From Tubiluchus corallicola (Eukaryota; Animalia; Priapulida), in assembly GCA_030141605.1 (NCBI GenBank), contig JAQGDQ010000991.1, positions 1-64,000 on the forward strand: a stretch of DNA of 64,000 nucleotides, in the 5' to 3' direction. Below the pieces are notes generated by a model, which saw only the letters and a list, made by a program, of their open reading frames with translations, ran no database searches and had not been told where the DNA came from. Of this stretch, positions 39,888-64,000 are shown in pieces (position 1 is the first letter of the stretch; each line of letters opens with the position of its first letter). A program made the position numbers and the translations under genes.

Positions 39888-41592
39888 CAGGGCACGGATA
39901 CAGGATTTAGAAAGAAGGTGAGCTTAACGAAAAAGCAGCTAGGGGGTCTGGGGGAGCGCTGTAAGCTCCAGTAGCAGGGTCCGGGATGGAGCCCCGACTG
40001 CCGGTGCATTTTACTGTATTTTAGACCATTTTTCTTGCTGTTTCCTCAAGCATATTCAATAGTTTAAAACTCACTATGTCACCTCAAACTTAGTGTATAA
40101 GTGCATATGATGAACAGTCTAGCCTCGTTATCTCGCCCCTCGTTATACCGCCAAACTCGTCTCTCGCCATAGAAAGTACCAGGATGGATTTCCTGCTTTG
40201 ATATTTACCTCTTTAAGTCGCCACCCTCGCTTCTCGCCACGTCATGCTAGGATGAGTGCTTATGTAAACTATATTCGTTATGTCGCCAAACAGACAAACT
40301 CAGAGGTGAATCGATCAATACATATACCGCGTGTCGATCAATATAACCGCGGTATGTAGATAATGCTGGTGTACTCGATAGACAGACATAATTAATCTAG
40401 TGTGTGTCTCACCAGGACTAGATTATGAGTGCTGTGGTTGGTTAATGCACAGAGAAACTAAAGCGTCACCGATATCCTTACTCTATAACACCAAAGCGTT
40501 TAAGTTTGAGTTTCCACAAAGTGTGAGCAACTTTACATGATGTCTCTGAAGCGAAAACTGTTTTGTCTTAATCTTGAACAAAAAAAGGAAATTTGTATTT
40601 ATCATACGAATAATTCTTCAAAGACACAACAGGAGATTGCTACTGTATTTAGTGCGAAATTTGGTGACACTGTTAGCCGGAGAAGTGTCTCATGGCGCAT
40701 CTCATGTATAGAATGACCAGGCAGCTGCAGCTGTCGACACACTGATGCGATACTTTGAACAGTCTGACAGAGTCACAAGCAACGATATTCAAGGATTGTG
40801 TTTGATTAAACGTCGTGTTGACTGCTTGCATGTATCATCAATGAAACAGTCGTCTCTTCTGAATTATTTCAGTCGTCAGTAACTCATTTGTGAACATTTC
40901 TAAATCTTTTGCTAAGTTTATTGCATTTAAGTGTATACTCAAAAAAGGTTTTTTTAAATAAAAAAGTAATATTCTAAGATTATTTTTATGACATTTTTTT
41001 CATTTCTGATTTAATGTTGCTTGGTATCATAATACGAAATATATTTTATATTTACATAGAGGAACACTATGTTAATCAACTATTATGTATATACATATAG
41101 ACTAACTTCCTTATATTCCCGTTATCTCGCCATACTCGCCTCTCGCCAAAAATTTGCCCTAGACGGACAGTGGCGAGATAACGAGGCTAGACTGCACATA
41201 ACTTTCACGTATTTTGAAAAGTAGAACCCTTGTGCTATGTGATTTTTGCAGATATTAAATTTTATTAAAGGCACTGCTAGAATTTATTCTAGTGCTGCTA
41301 AAATCTATGAGTGTGGGAATTATGTAAATAATTAAGTATATGAGTTGATTAGGCAGATCTGTGAAAATAGGATAAAAAAATTAGCACAATGCTAAAAATA
41401 GATAGGAGAATTTTTTGTGAACTCATATACAAATAAGTAATGCAGAACTTTTTACTCGATATAAGTCATTAAAAGCCACCACTGAACATTCTAAAGCTTA
41501 TAATCCAGAGAAAATATTTACTTGGTGTGCTGTAACTGCAACTATGAAAGGGGGGCCAGGCCCCTTGAGCTCACGCCCTAAATCCGCCACTG
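39888..41592. mobile_element. hAT-like non-autonomous element with a 5-bp TSD, carrying a nested pogo/Tigger element
   Basis: Imperfect TIRs CAGGGCACGGATACAGG / CCCTAAATCCGCCACTG flanked by TAAAG on both sides; a related fragment lies near 16210-16290. Confidence 0.65.
40115..41194 (+). mobile_element. Internally deleted pogo/Tigger DNA transposon
   Basis: 23-bp TIR CAGTCTAGCCTCGTTATCTCGCC. Transposase N-terminus MSLKRKLFCLNLEQKKEIC...TQQEIA (CENP-B-type HTH, from 40540) abuts the C-terminus ...KQSSLLNYF; DDE core absent. Confidence 0.88.
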
Positions 41593-42639
41593 TAAAGTTT
41601 GACTAGTGATAACTTATTGTTGTGTTTATTGATAACAAGAACTACAACCATGTGCCACCAAATTACAACTCGAGTTGTTGTTAATCTGTGTTTTTAAAGC
41701 TTTGAATGTTGTCAATAATATTCTGCTAACAAACATTCATTATTTTAATAAGAGCAGAGCATTTAAAATTTAAATTATGAAGTGCTTGTTCCAGTATGTA
41801 TGCTTCATCAGTTATAATCAGCTTAGCAATTAATTTTTCTATGAATCTCTGTATCGTAATTGTTTTACTGTGTAATTTTTAATATTACATTGCAAAAACT
41901 TATTCGCAAGTTTTAGTTGTTAGAAACCTCACATTTCTGATCACCAGGTGTAATTAGCCTAGCAATTATTTTTTTGCGAATCCCCCATTTTATAATTTTT
42001 TATTATTGCTTTGCAAAAATTTATTCGTAAGTTATAATTCGGAAACGGCTTGCTTTTCGAAGTTTTAGCAACCTGTCTCAGTTTTCCTAAATGTATATCA
42101 TGACTGCTATTGTTAGACTGCAAGACTGAATAAGTATAGTTTTGTACTTCTATTTTTACACTAGTATAGCTGTTACAATGTCATTCCATGTTGCAATGAA
42201 TTTTCATTTTTTTATATCTGTTGTAAATGACTAATTTCACTTGCACTGTAACTGCACTAGTATTATAGTTAGTGTTTTAAAATGTTGACAACTATTTTTG
42301 TACGTAGAAATTTATTCAACTAAATGCTTTTCACAACTTTTCCTGTGTTCTTTGTTAAATCTTAACATCGGCAAGAATTACTAGTGCTTACTACAGTGTC
42401 TTCAGCAATCTTTAGATTATTGAAGTTTTGCTGCTATTGGTGGCACCACTCGTGTTAGATAAAATATTAATGAAACAATGCCAAAGATTCGTTATAAAAA
42501 GTAAATTTCTGTACAAAATTAACAGTGCGTATAGGTATTTGCAACAGTATAATAATTTATTTAACACATTCGACAACAAAATTTCCTAAAATACAACAAT
42601 TACTACTAAATAAGCACCTTGTTGAGTAAAGCCACTTCT

Positions 42640-43038
42640 ACCGTTCTACACAGTGATTAGGACTGTGAGCACAAAGTGGTACCATTCTACACAGTGATTA
42701 GGACTGTGAGCACTAAATGGTACCATTCTACACAGTGATTAGGACTGTGAGCACTAAATGGTACCATTCTACACAGTGATTAGGACTGTGAGCACTAAAT
42801 GGTACCATTCTACACAGTGATTAGGACTGTGAGCACTAAATGGTACCATTCTACACAGTGATTAGGACTGTGAGCACTAAATGGTACCATTCTACACAGT
42901 GATTAGGACTGTGGGCACTAAATGGTACCATTCTACACAGTGATTAGGACTGTGAGCACTAAATGGTACCATTCTACACTGTGATTAGGACTGTGAGCAC
43001 TAAATGGTACCATTCTACACAGTGATTAGGACTGTGAG
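42640..43038. repeat. Minisatellite, 41-bp unit, about 9.5 copies
   Basis: accattctacacagtgattaggactgtgagcactaaatggt. Confidence 0.96.
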
Positions 43039-43300
43039 AAAGTTAGTTGTAAGCTAAACAATGTCAGACTGCCTGCGATAATAATTACATGCTCTTCCTT
43101 CTAGGAAAAAATGTGTAATTCCACAGCAAAATGATTAACTTCGATGCAATTAATGTAATTCACTTTGGTGCTTCACCAGAAATGTGCATTTCATCAACAT
43201 CAAACACGTGATGACGTTAAAAGATTTCCTAATTTCATAAGATTTCTAATTACCTATATTTCTAGCATATCACAGTATGAAAAATTTAAAATACTTAACA

Positions 43301-44014
43301 TCAAGGATACAACCTCATATAAACCCATCCATCTCGGCCCACTTTCATCATTTCTGGATCAAACTTTGCGAGGGAAGAGGCTTTCTTAAAGATAATCCGA
43401 TCGCTGATCCCGTTAGGTTGAGCATGCCAGAATTCGAAGTAATTTGGAATGACTCGTATGCCTCCCCAATAACTAGGAAGTGGAACTGTCGTCCCAACTG
43501 GATACTTCTCCTGAAGCTTCCGGAAGCTGTCCCGTAGGACCTGAAAGCCACTAACGGGTTGACTTTGCTCACTACAACAAGCTGCCACTTGACTGGCATG
43601 GGGTCGACTGTGGAAGTACTCCTCCGATTCTTTGCGAGAAATTTTTTCTACGCTGCCCTCCACACGGATCGACAAGCGCATGGCTTCCCAGTAAAACGTC
43701 AGAGCACAGTGTGGATTTTCTTCCAGGTCCCGTCCCTTCTTGCTCAAGTAATTTGTAAACAGTATGAAGCCATTCTTGCTATATCCCTTCAACAACATGG
43801 GTCGAACAGATGGCCTGCAGCTTTTTGTTGCCGTTGCCAACATGACGGCATTCGATTCACCAACCTTTCCAGATTTTCTCGCAAAGCGAAAACAAAGATC
43901 AAATTGTTCAAAAGGATCAGTGTTAGCCAAGTCCTCATCACTGTTTGGAATCATTTCATTTTCACAGCAAATCTCCGCATCATCATCCCTTTTGTTTTCC
44001 TGTTTGCTACCCAT
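43301..44014 (-). CDS. PNPO: Pyridoxine/pyridoxamine 5'-phosphate oxidase-like FMN protein, single coding exon, 237 aa, divergent active site
   Basis: DPFEQF, NAVMLATA, PSVRPMLLKG, FTNYLSKKG, NPHCALTFYW, IRVEG, YFHSRP, QS, WGG, EFW...DR, W...RLYP. First ATG at 44014 (the ORF track opens at a TTG two codons earlier). Confidence 0.92.
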   Translation of the reverse strand: MGSKQENKRDDDAEICCENEMIPNSDEDLANTDPFEQFDLCFRFARKSGKVGESNAVMLATATKSCRPSVRPMLLKGYSKNGFILFTNYLSKKGRDLEENPHCALTFYWEAMRLSIRVEGSVEKISRKESEEYFHSRPHASQVAACCSEQSQPVSGFQVLRDSFRKLQEKYPVGTTVPLPSYWGGIRVIPNYFEFWHAQPNGISDRIIFKKASSLAKFDPEMMKVGRDGWVYMRLYP

Positions 44015-44289
44015 TATCAAACTAAATCATCTGCTTCGGTTTCACTGTATGTATCCGTTATCAAAGACCGGGTAGTAAGACTGTAATAAAATATAATTGC
44101 TTATTATATTATGCAAAAAATATGCACTTCCTCAAAGTTATATGGAACTGGTTATCTGTGGAAATTGTAACGTGTGTTGCAATTTGCTAGCAATGCTGCT
44201 GAGAACACTGTGAAAATTATCTTATTCTCCAGCGGCAATTTGAACTTTGCGTGTTCAACCTTTAGTGCAGTTGTTTCTTAAGGAAAACT

Positions 44290-44446
44290 ATAATCAAACC
44301 TCTTTATAAAACCCACTTTGGGATTCGAGCAAAAGTTGGCATTACGTGAGTTTGGCATTATAACGAGTTACATTAATGCATACATGTCTGTGTAAATATA
44401 GATATTTTGATTTGTCAAAAATATGGGCATGAAGCGAGGTTGATAT
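44290..44446. mobile_element. Decayed pogo-type MITE, related to 63228-63412
   Basis: TCAAACCTCTTTATA...AGTTGGCATTATAAC...GAGGTTGAT. Confidence 0.5.
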
Positions 44447-44764
44447 TATCTGATTTGGGGGTCTGCTATCCCAAGTCTTTTATAAAACTATTGGTTTTTC
44501 CCAGGCATTTATAATATAATGTTAAAAATTCTTATTATCAGCTTCTGTTTCTGACGACATCTAATTGAAATTTTTCCCACATAAATTAGTTTGCAATTTA
44601 ATTAATTAGATATCACCAGTAAAATACGTCTTTCCACCTGCCACTTTGTTTGATGAGACGCAAACCAAAAATGAACTTTTTTCATCACAGGCACTTTAAA
44701 ACATTTATAGTTAGAACACCACAACTTTATTAAAACTTCCAACTCACATAGTCAAAAATCACGG

Positions 44765-44802
44765 CAAACGTTTCGACAGACTGCTGCTGTCATCATCAGT
44801 GG
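44765..44802 (-). ncRNA. Minimal type I hammerhead ribozyme-like motif
   Basis: Minus strand: CCA CTGATGA T GACAG cagcagt CTGTC GAAAC GTT TG. Confidence 0.65.
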
Positions 44803-44857
44803 TAAATTTTACAAACATACAGCCAGTTTATATAGGCTGAGCCTATAGAACATTATG

Positions 44858-44896
44858 CAACTGATGAAGACAGCAGTGGTCTGTCGAAATGTTTGG
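44858..44896 (+). ncRNA. Minimal type I hammerhead ribozyme-like motif (degenerate)
   Basis: CTGATGA A GACAG cagtggt CTGTC GAAAT GTT TGG. Confidence 0.55.
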
Positions 44897-45017
44897 TGTG
44901 ATTTTTGACTATGTGACTTGGAAGTTTTGATAAAGTTGTGTTGTTTTGGCAATAAATATTTTTCATATAATTTGCCATGACAATACTTATATTGTTACTA
45001 CATCAAAGTTGCTTTAC

Positions 45018-46332
45018 CTGAACTTGGTAAGCTTGGCAAGCACACGGTGAAGTTGCTCGTTGTTCTGTCTCTCTCAGTTCATCTAACAGGGAACAACTAT
45101 TCTGAAAAAAATTAAAAAAGGTCAATGATTACTATTGCCTTAATCAATGGAAATGGCTTAAAACTTGACCTCGGAAACAAGATTTGCATGATGAATGTGG
45201 TTAACGGAACTTGAGAAAAGTAAAAAAATCTTTTCAATATTCAACTTCAGTTTCAAACCCCATACTATCACATGGATGCTGCCACTGAAGAAAAAACATC
45301 TGGGTTTTATAGTTACCAATGATTTAAAGTGGAATGCTCGTGCCAACAATATAGTGTCACAAGCTAATCGACGTATTGGCATGATTAAGCGATGCGTCAT
45401 TTCATGAAAAGTGTTTTTGATCATCCGACTTTGTAAAGCTGTTTTGTCCACCTTATTCTCAAAGGTGCATGTGTTGTATGGTCACCACGGTATGCAATAC
45501 TTAAGATACGAACTTGCTTGAGAAAAAACACAACACAGATGCACATCTCGCAAGTGATATTAACCAATCAAATGTAGTAATTCCGGAACAAACTATAAGA
45601 AACTGTTGAATTGAACAATTGTTATAAAATCTTCAATATCCTGCAGGAAAATTATTTCTTTTCTTGATATTCTGAAGCACATTGCGGACATCATTCGAAA
45701 CGGTTTGATCCCGATTTCCGGGAACCAACATCTATTCTCACTTTTTACTCTTTTGTCACCAATCCGCGGAACAAACTGCCAACTGCAACCATAGATGCAC
45801 CATCAGTCAACTGTTTTAAGAAATCTTTGACAAGGTACTATAACCGTCGTTAACCGAGTCTAACTCTAGGTCCCTACACTCAGTAAATTAGTAATTTGTA
45901 TAAATAAATTTGTAAGCTAAACTACGATGAAAGTAATTTTACTTAGTTACATATAGTGACCCAGACGTTGCCAACGATAAAATTATCCCTGTAACAGTGA
46001 AAGTAAATTAGTAATATTATTAAATACATTTTCGTGAATATAGACCAATTATACATACAACAACCGAGACATTGCCGGTAGACCCAAGTTATTATTGCAG
46101 TGACACTGAAAGACAAATTCAAAGTTAACAACGACTACACTGCACTAAGTCCATAGCAAATTAACCTGCAATTTGCGAACATTGAATAGTTACTTCGGTA
46201 AATCCTATTTTCTACTGTAAAATACTCACCGGCTGACACGGTGTTTTTAGTTAAAATGATCTGACAATAGGTGGCGAAAATAATCCGCAAGTTTTTCACC
46301 TGCAGATGGAGCCAGGTTTCGTAGAGCGTCAT
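45018..46332 (-). other. Candidate spliced 5' leader exons of the PNPO-like gene (>=46332-46230, 45988-45951, 45101-45018; last acceptor before 44080)
   Basis: Minus-strand donor G|gtgagt at 46230; acceptors ttacag (45989), ttttttcag (45102) and tttattacag (44081); donor CAG|gtaaag at 45018. Confidence 0.5.
45260..45850 (+). mobile_element. Degenerate CR1/L2-type LINE 3' fragment
   Basis: KHLGFIVTNDLKWNARANNIVSQANRRIGMIKRC ... NKLPTATIDAPSVNCFKKSL. Confidence 0.8.
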
Positions 46333-46900
46333 GGCAAAATAAATTTTGTAGATTTAGTAGGAAGTGGGACCATATTTTGACAGTACCAGAAGCGTTTTTG
46401 TGTATGATGGTCGATTTTTGGAAACACAGGTGTGCAGAAAGATAGTAGCTAAATATATTAAACTAAATACTATCAGTGTTCGTCTGTTTATCTGTGAACG
46501 ACTGATTTTAATTAGTTTTATTTGTGATACATCTGGTAATAATACTGTTTTATAAAACCTGTACACGTTACCTATACAGTAGTATTACGGTACTAGGATA
46601 TGTTTAGGAATGCGACACTTTTTTATTTTTATGATGTTCAGTGTGGCACATTTCAGTAGTTTGTCGTTTTAGCTTCTCCGTTATTGTTAGATTGCCAATG
46701 GGTTGTAAATTAGAAGAAATTCAAGACAACTTCTAAACTAGCCATTCTTGTATATAGCTTACTATAGGGTGTTACTAGGGGTCACCAGCTCGCTGATATA
46801 ATTTTTGGACCTATTTCAAGAAACAAGTCCATCGGTTAATCCTGTCAAGCATCGTCATCATTGTTGTGGATGCAATAAAAAATTGTGCGAACAATGTTTG
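46333..46900. promoter_or_regulatory. Probable bidirectional promoter region between the PNPO-like gene and PAM
   Basis: Divergent gene orientation. The first PAM coding exon begins with a splice acceptor, so an upstream non-coding exon is needed. Relatively CpG-retaining DNA. Inferred only. Confidence 0.3.
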
Positions 46901-47316
46901 TGTGTGCTGCAGGTTCTGGTTTTACTTTATTTCTTTAGGTTTGGTGATGCCAGCCACGAGTGCCAATTTCGGTTGGTAGAAATTTTGTTTCAAAACTGTT
47001 ATTGTTTTCTTTTCTGTGCCATTAGCTAAGCTATGTAGACTTGCTCTCTTCATGTATATGAGCTAATATGGTAAAGTGGATTGACTCTATTTACTGTGGA
47101 TTAACATAAATCGACAGGTTGAAGCCTATAAGTAGCCTTTTTGCCCATAGTTGGCTCTCTTGATAAACCTATTAGTTGTTTTATCACTCGCATTTTATAT
47201 TTATGTTGTCTATCTAAAGTTGTCTGTCTTTTTTAGTTTTAATTTATCTTTTTCCATTTGCCATAATCAAATAATACATATATATGAGAAAATACAAAAT
47301 ACCATATTAAAAGTAG

Positions 47317-47356
<40 letters not shown>

Positions 47357-47469
47357 GTTGTACATACAATTAATTAGTAATCTTAATGTCAATCATTAAT
47401 GATGTTATAATCCCACAATTAATTAAACTTTGATACCAAGTTTGACGGACAGGAAATGTGAAAGCCAGA

Positions 47470-47537
47470 ATGTAGCTTGGATTTGAACTAGGGACGTTCT
47501 GTTCATGTCGCACATGCTTAGACCGCGATGCCACTGC
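47470..47537 (-). mobile_element. tRNA-derived SINE head
   Basis: Minus strand CAGTGGCATCGCGGTCTAAGC...GTTCAAATCC (A and B boxes). Confidence 0.45.
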
Positions 47538-48924
47538 ATTCCTCAGTAGTCAAGGCAGTCCAAAGTTCATCACTTATAGCTGGCCAGTCATAAGGGACCT
47601 TGTTTGTGACTGAGAGAAATATTAGGCTCTACTGTTAAGAGGCAAAACAAGGTCGTTGTTTTCCTTTCTACATTTGGATCCAGTTGAAAAGTTTATGACT
47701 TGGTAGATCTGTAAAGGTTGTTAAAAATTTTGTATTTTAGTGAAGTTATGCCAATTAGCAGTTTAGAAAAATTGTGGAGTGCTGTTATAATGAGTTTCTT
47801 GTACAGACATTACTCAATTTGGCTGAAGAGTGAAGACTGGATAAGTTTTTATTATCAGCTAGTGGATAGTGATGAAGATCTATGTATCCATCTAAGTTTA
47901 ACAGTAGATACATAGTCAGAATTAATTTCTTGCAAACTCATTTCAATAACATTGATTTTATTAAACTGTCAGCCATCTCGTTCAGCTTCTAGATCACATC
48001 GTTCTTTTTATTAGAGGTCATTTGCTCATGTCAAACAATTGTTTCATCAGCTAGTACACTTGATTTGCTCATACCAAACTAACACGTCAGTGGCTGAGCT
48101 TTTTATCTCAACACTCGTCAAATGGAACTTTCTGTTTGTGTGTTGAAAACTAGCCTTTGTATATATTGCTATTTAAATAGGAAAAGTATCTTTTTCCGTA
48201 TGAATCAAATAATGTGGAACTTGATGCCACCATGCTTTTGACATTAATAAAAGCATTCAATTTTTATAAACCCGTTTGCTGCGTTTCGCTTGTTCAAAAT
48301 GCATGTTACCCCAAGGGCAGTCACCTAGTATTTAATGCATGTGTGGAGCTGACTAAATTACAATAACAAAACAGGTCATTGTGTAACATATTTTACTGAC
48401 AAGGCTGTGATATGAACGTGGATAATATTGCTAAGTGCTGTAAAGTTTACTTAGTTGTATTGGAATAATAATGCCTGTGGCAGAAAATGATAAAATAGTA
48501 AGGAGCTGTAGATAGTGCAGACTAGTCAGTTGTGTGCATTTAATCACACATTATAACTAAGTCTAGAGACTGTAAAAAAATGTAAAATGAAAATTGCTTT
48601 TTTTCTGGTTTCTAGTGCTGCTCATCTTATTTAAAGGACATATGTTGGTGATTCTTATGTACTAGAAATAATACAAAATGTTAGTATACACATATGTTTC
48701 TCAATGAGACAAAAAACTTTTTGGGCTTGTTTTTCATGAGGCAGTGCCTTGTATTGTTCTTTGTCTAAAAAAGAAAAATTATAAAAGAGTGTACTAAAAA
48801 GTTTAAATCTACAAACTTTTCTGTTAATTTATACAATTTTTTTCAACTTAATTTAGACTTTATATTTTATAGTTAAAAAACACAACTTTATTACAAGTTT
48901 TACATTAAACAGTTAAAATCATGT

Positions 48925-48962
48925 CAAATGTTTCGACAGGCTGCTGCTGTCATCATCAGTGG
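48925..48962 (-). ncRNA. Minimal type I hammerhead ribozyme-like motif
   Basis: Minus strand: CCA CTGATGA T GACAG cagcagc CTGTC GAAAC ATT TG. Confidence 0.58.
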
Positions 48963-49186
48963 TAAATTTACAAACATACAACCAGTTTAGATAGCCAGAG
49001 CCTATTATCCACTAATTAAGTAGTTAACAGAAGCCAAATAGGAAATGAATAAGCAGACCAGTAAAAAAATTGATAAAGGATATTACTCGTCTACTTGTTC
49101 GTTACCTATTTAGCTTCTGTTGAATACTTAACTAGCTGATAATAGGCTCTGCCTACATAAATTGGTTGCATGTTTGTAAACATTTA

Positions 49187-49224
49187 CCACTGATGATGAC
49201 AGCAGCAGCCTGTCGAAACGTTTG
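49187..49224 (+). ncRNA. Minimal type I hammerhead ribozyme-like motif
   Basis: CCA CTGATGA T GACAG cagcagc CTGTC GAAAC GTT TG. Confidence 0.65.
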
Positions 49225-49428
49225 ACATGATTTTAACTTTTTAATGTTAAAGTTTTAATAAAGTTGTGTTGTTTTTAACTATAAATGTTTTTAAGTGTCT
49301 GTAATAAAAATTGACTTTATATTTTAATTACATGAACATTGTGTTTACTTTCAGGATTTAAGAATGGCATAGAGTCTTCACTAACTCTGAACTCAGCAAC
49401 AATTATTTGCTTAGGAGTCACATCAGTC

Positions 49429-64000
<14,572 letters not shown>

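Larger units (their letters stand above)
44678..44960. mobile_element. Palindromic Penelope-like (pLTR-derived) non-autonomous element, copy 1
   Basis: Arms about 44704-44800 and 44861-44958 are reverse complements, each with a hammerhead-like core; homologous to 48870-49312. Confidence 0.75.
48870..49312. mobile_element. Palindromic Penelope-like (pLTR-derived) non-autonomous element, copy 2
   Basis: Inverted arms of about 200 bp with hammerhead-like cores, flanked by the 14-bp direct repeat GACTTTATATTTTA (48856-48869 and 49313-49326). Confidence 0.8.

Noticed and set aside
42640-43038. CRISPR-like regular repeat with palindromic units
   Set aside because: No unique spacers, no cas genes, eukaryotic context. 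The same applies to the arrays at 26721 and 49597.
43301-44014. Horizontal transfer of bacterial pdxH
   Set aside because: The length of the C-terminal insert and the overall sequence look animal-like, so retroposition is simpler. A phylogeny is needed to exclude transfer formally.
43559-44086. 175-aa plus-strand ORF
   Set aside because: Antisense shadow of the PNPO-like CDS with no recognisable motifs.

Overview
AT-rich, intron-rich animal (probably invertebrate bilaterian) genomic DNA, not prokaryotic. I reconstructed three genes by hand from splice sites and conserved motifs. (1) A complete 20-exon neprilysin/ECE-like M13 zinc peptidase, + strand, 11646-39716, about 745 aa, with HEVTH, ETIAD and a C-terminal CAIW. 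(2) A single-exon pyridoxamine/pyridoxine 5'-phosphate oxidase (PNPO)-like CDS, - strand, 43301-44014, which lacks the substrate-clamp residues and has candidate spliced 5' leader exons carrying an upstream ORF. (3) The 5' part of a bifunctional peptidylglycine alpha-amidating monooxygenase (PAM: PHM + linker + start of PAL), + strand, from 49429 past the window end, head-to-head with the PNPO-like gene. Introns and intergenic DNA are packed with minisatellites, microsatellites, MITEs (pogo/Tigger, piggyBac, Harbinger, hAT types), LINE remnants and tRNA-derived SINE heads. The most striking non-coding signal is a pair of palindromic elements (about 44680-44960 and 48870-49312), each carrying Penelope-type minimal hammerhead ribozyme motifs on both strands, one on each side of the PNPO/PAM divergent region. 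All calls come from reading the sequence; no searches were run.
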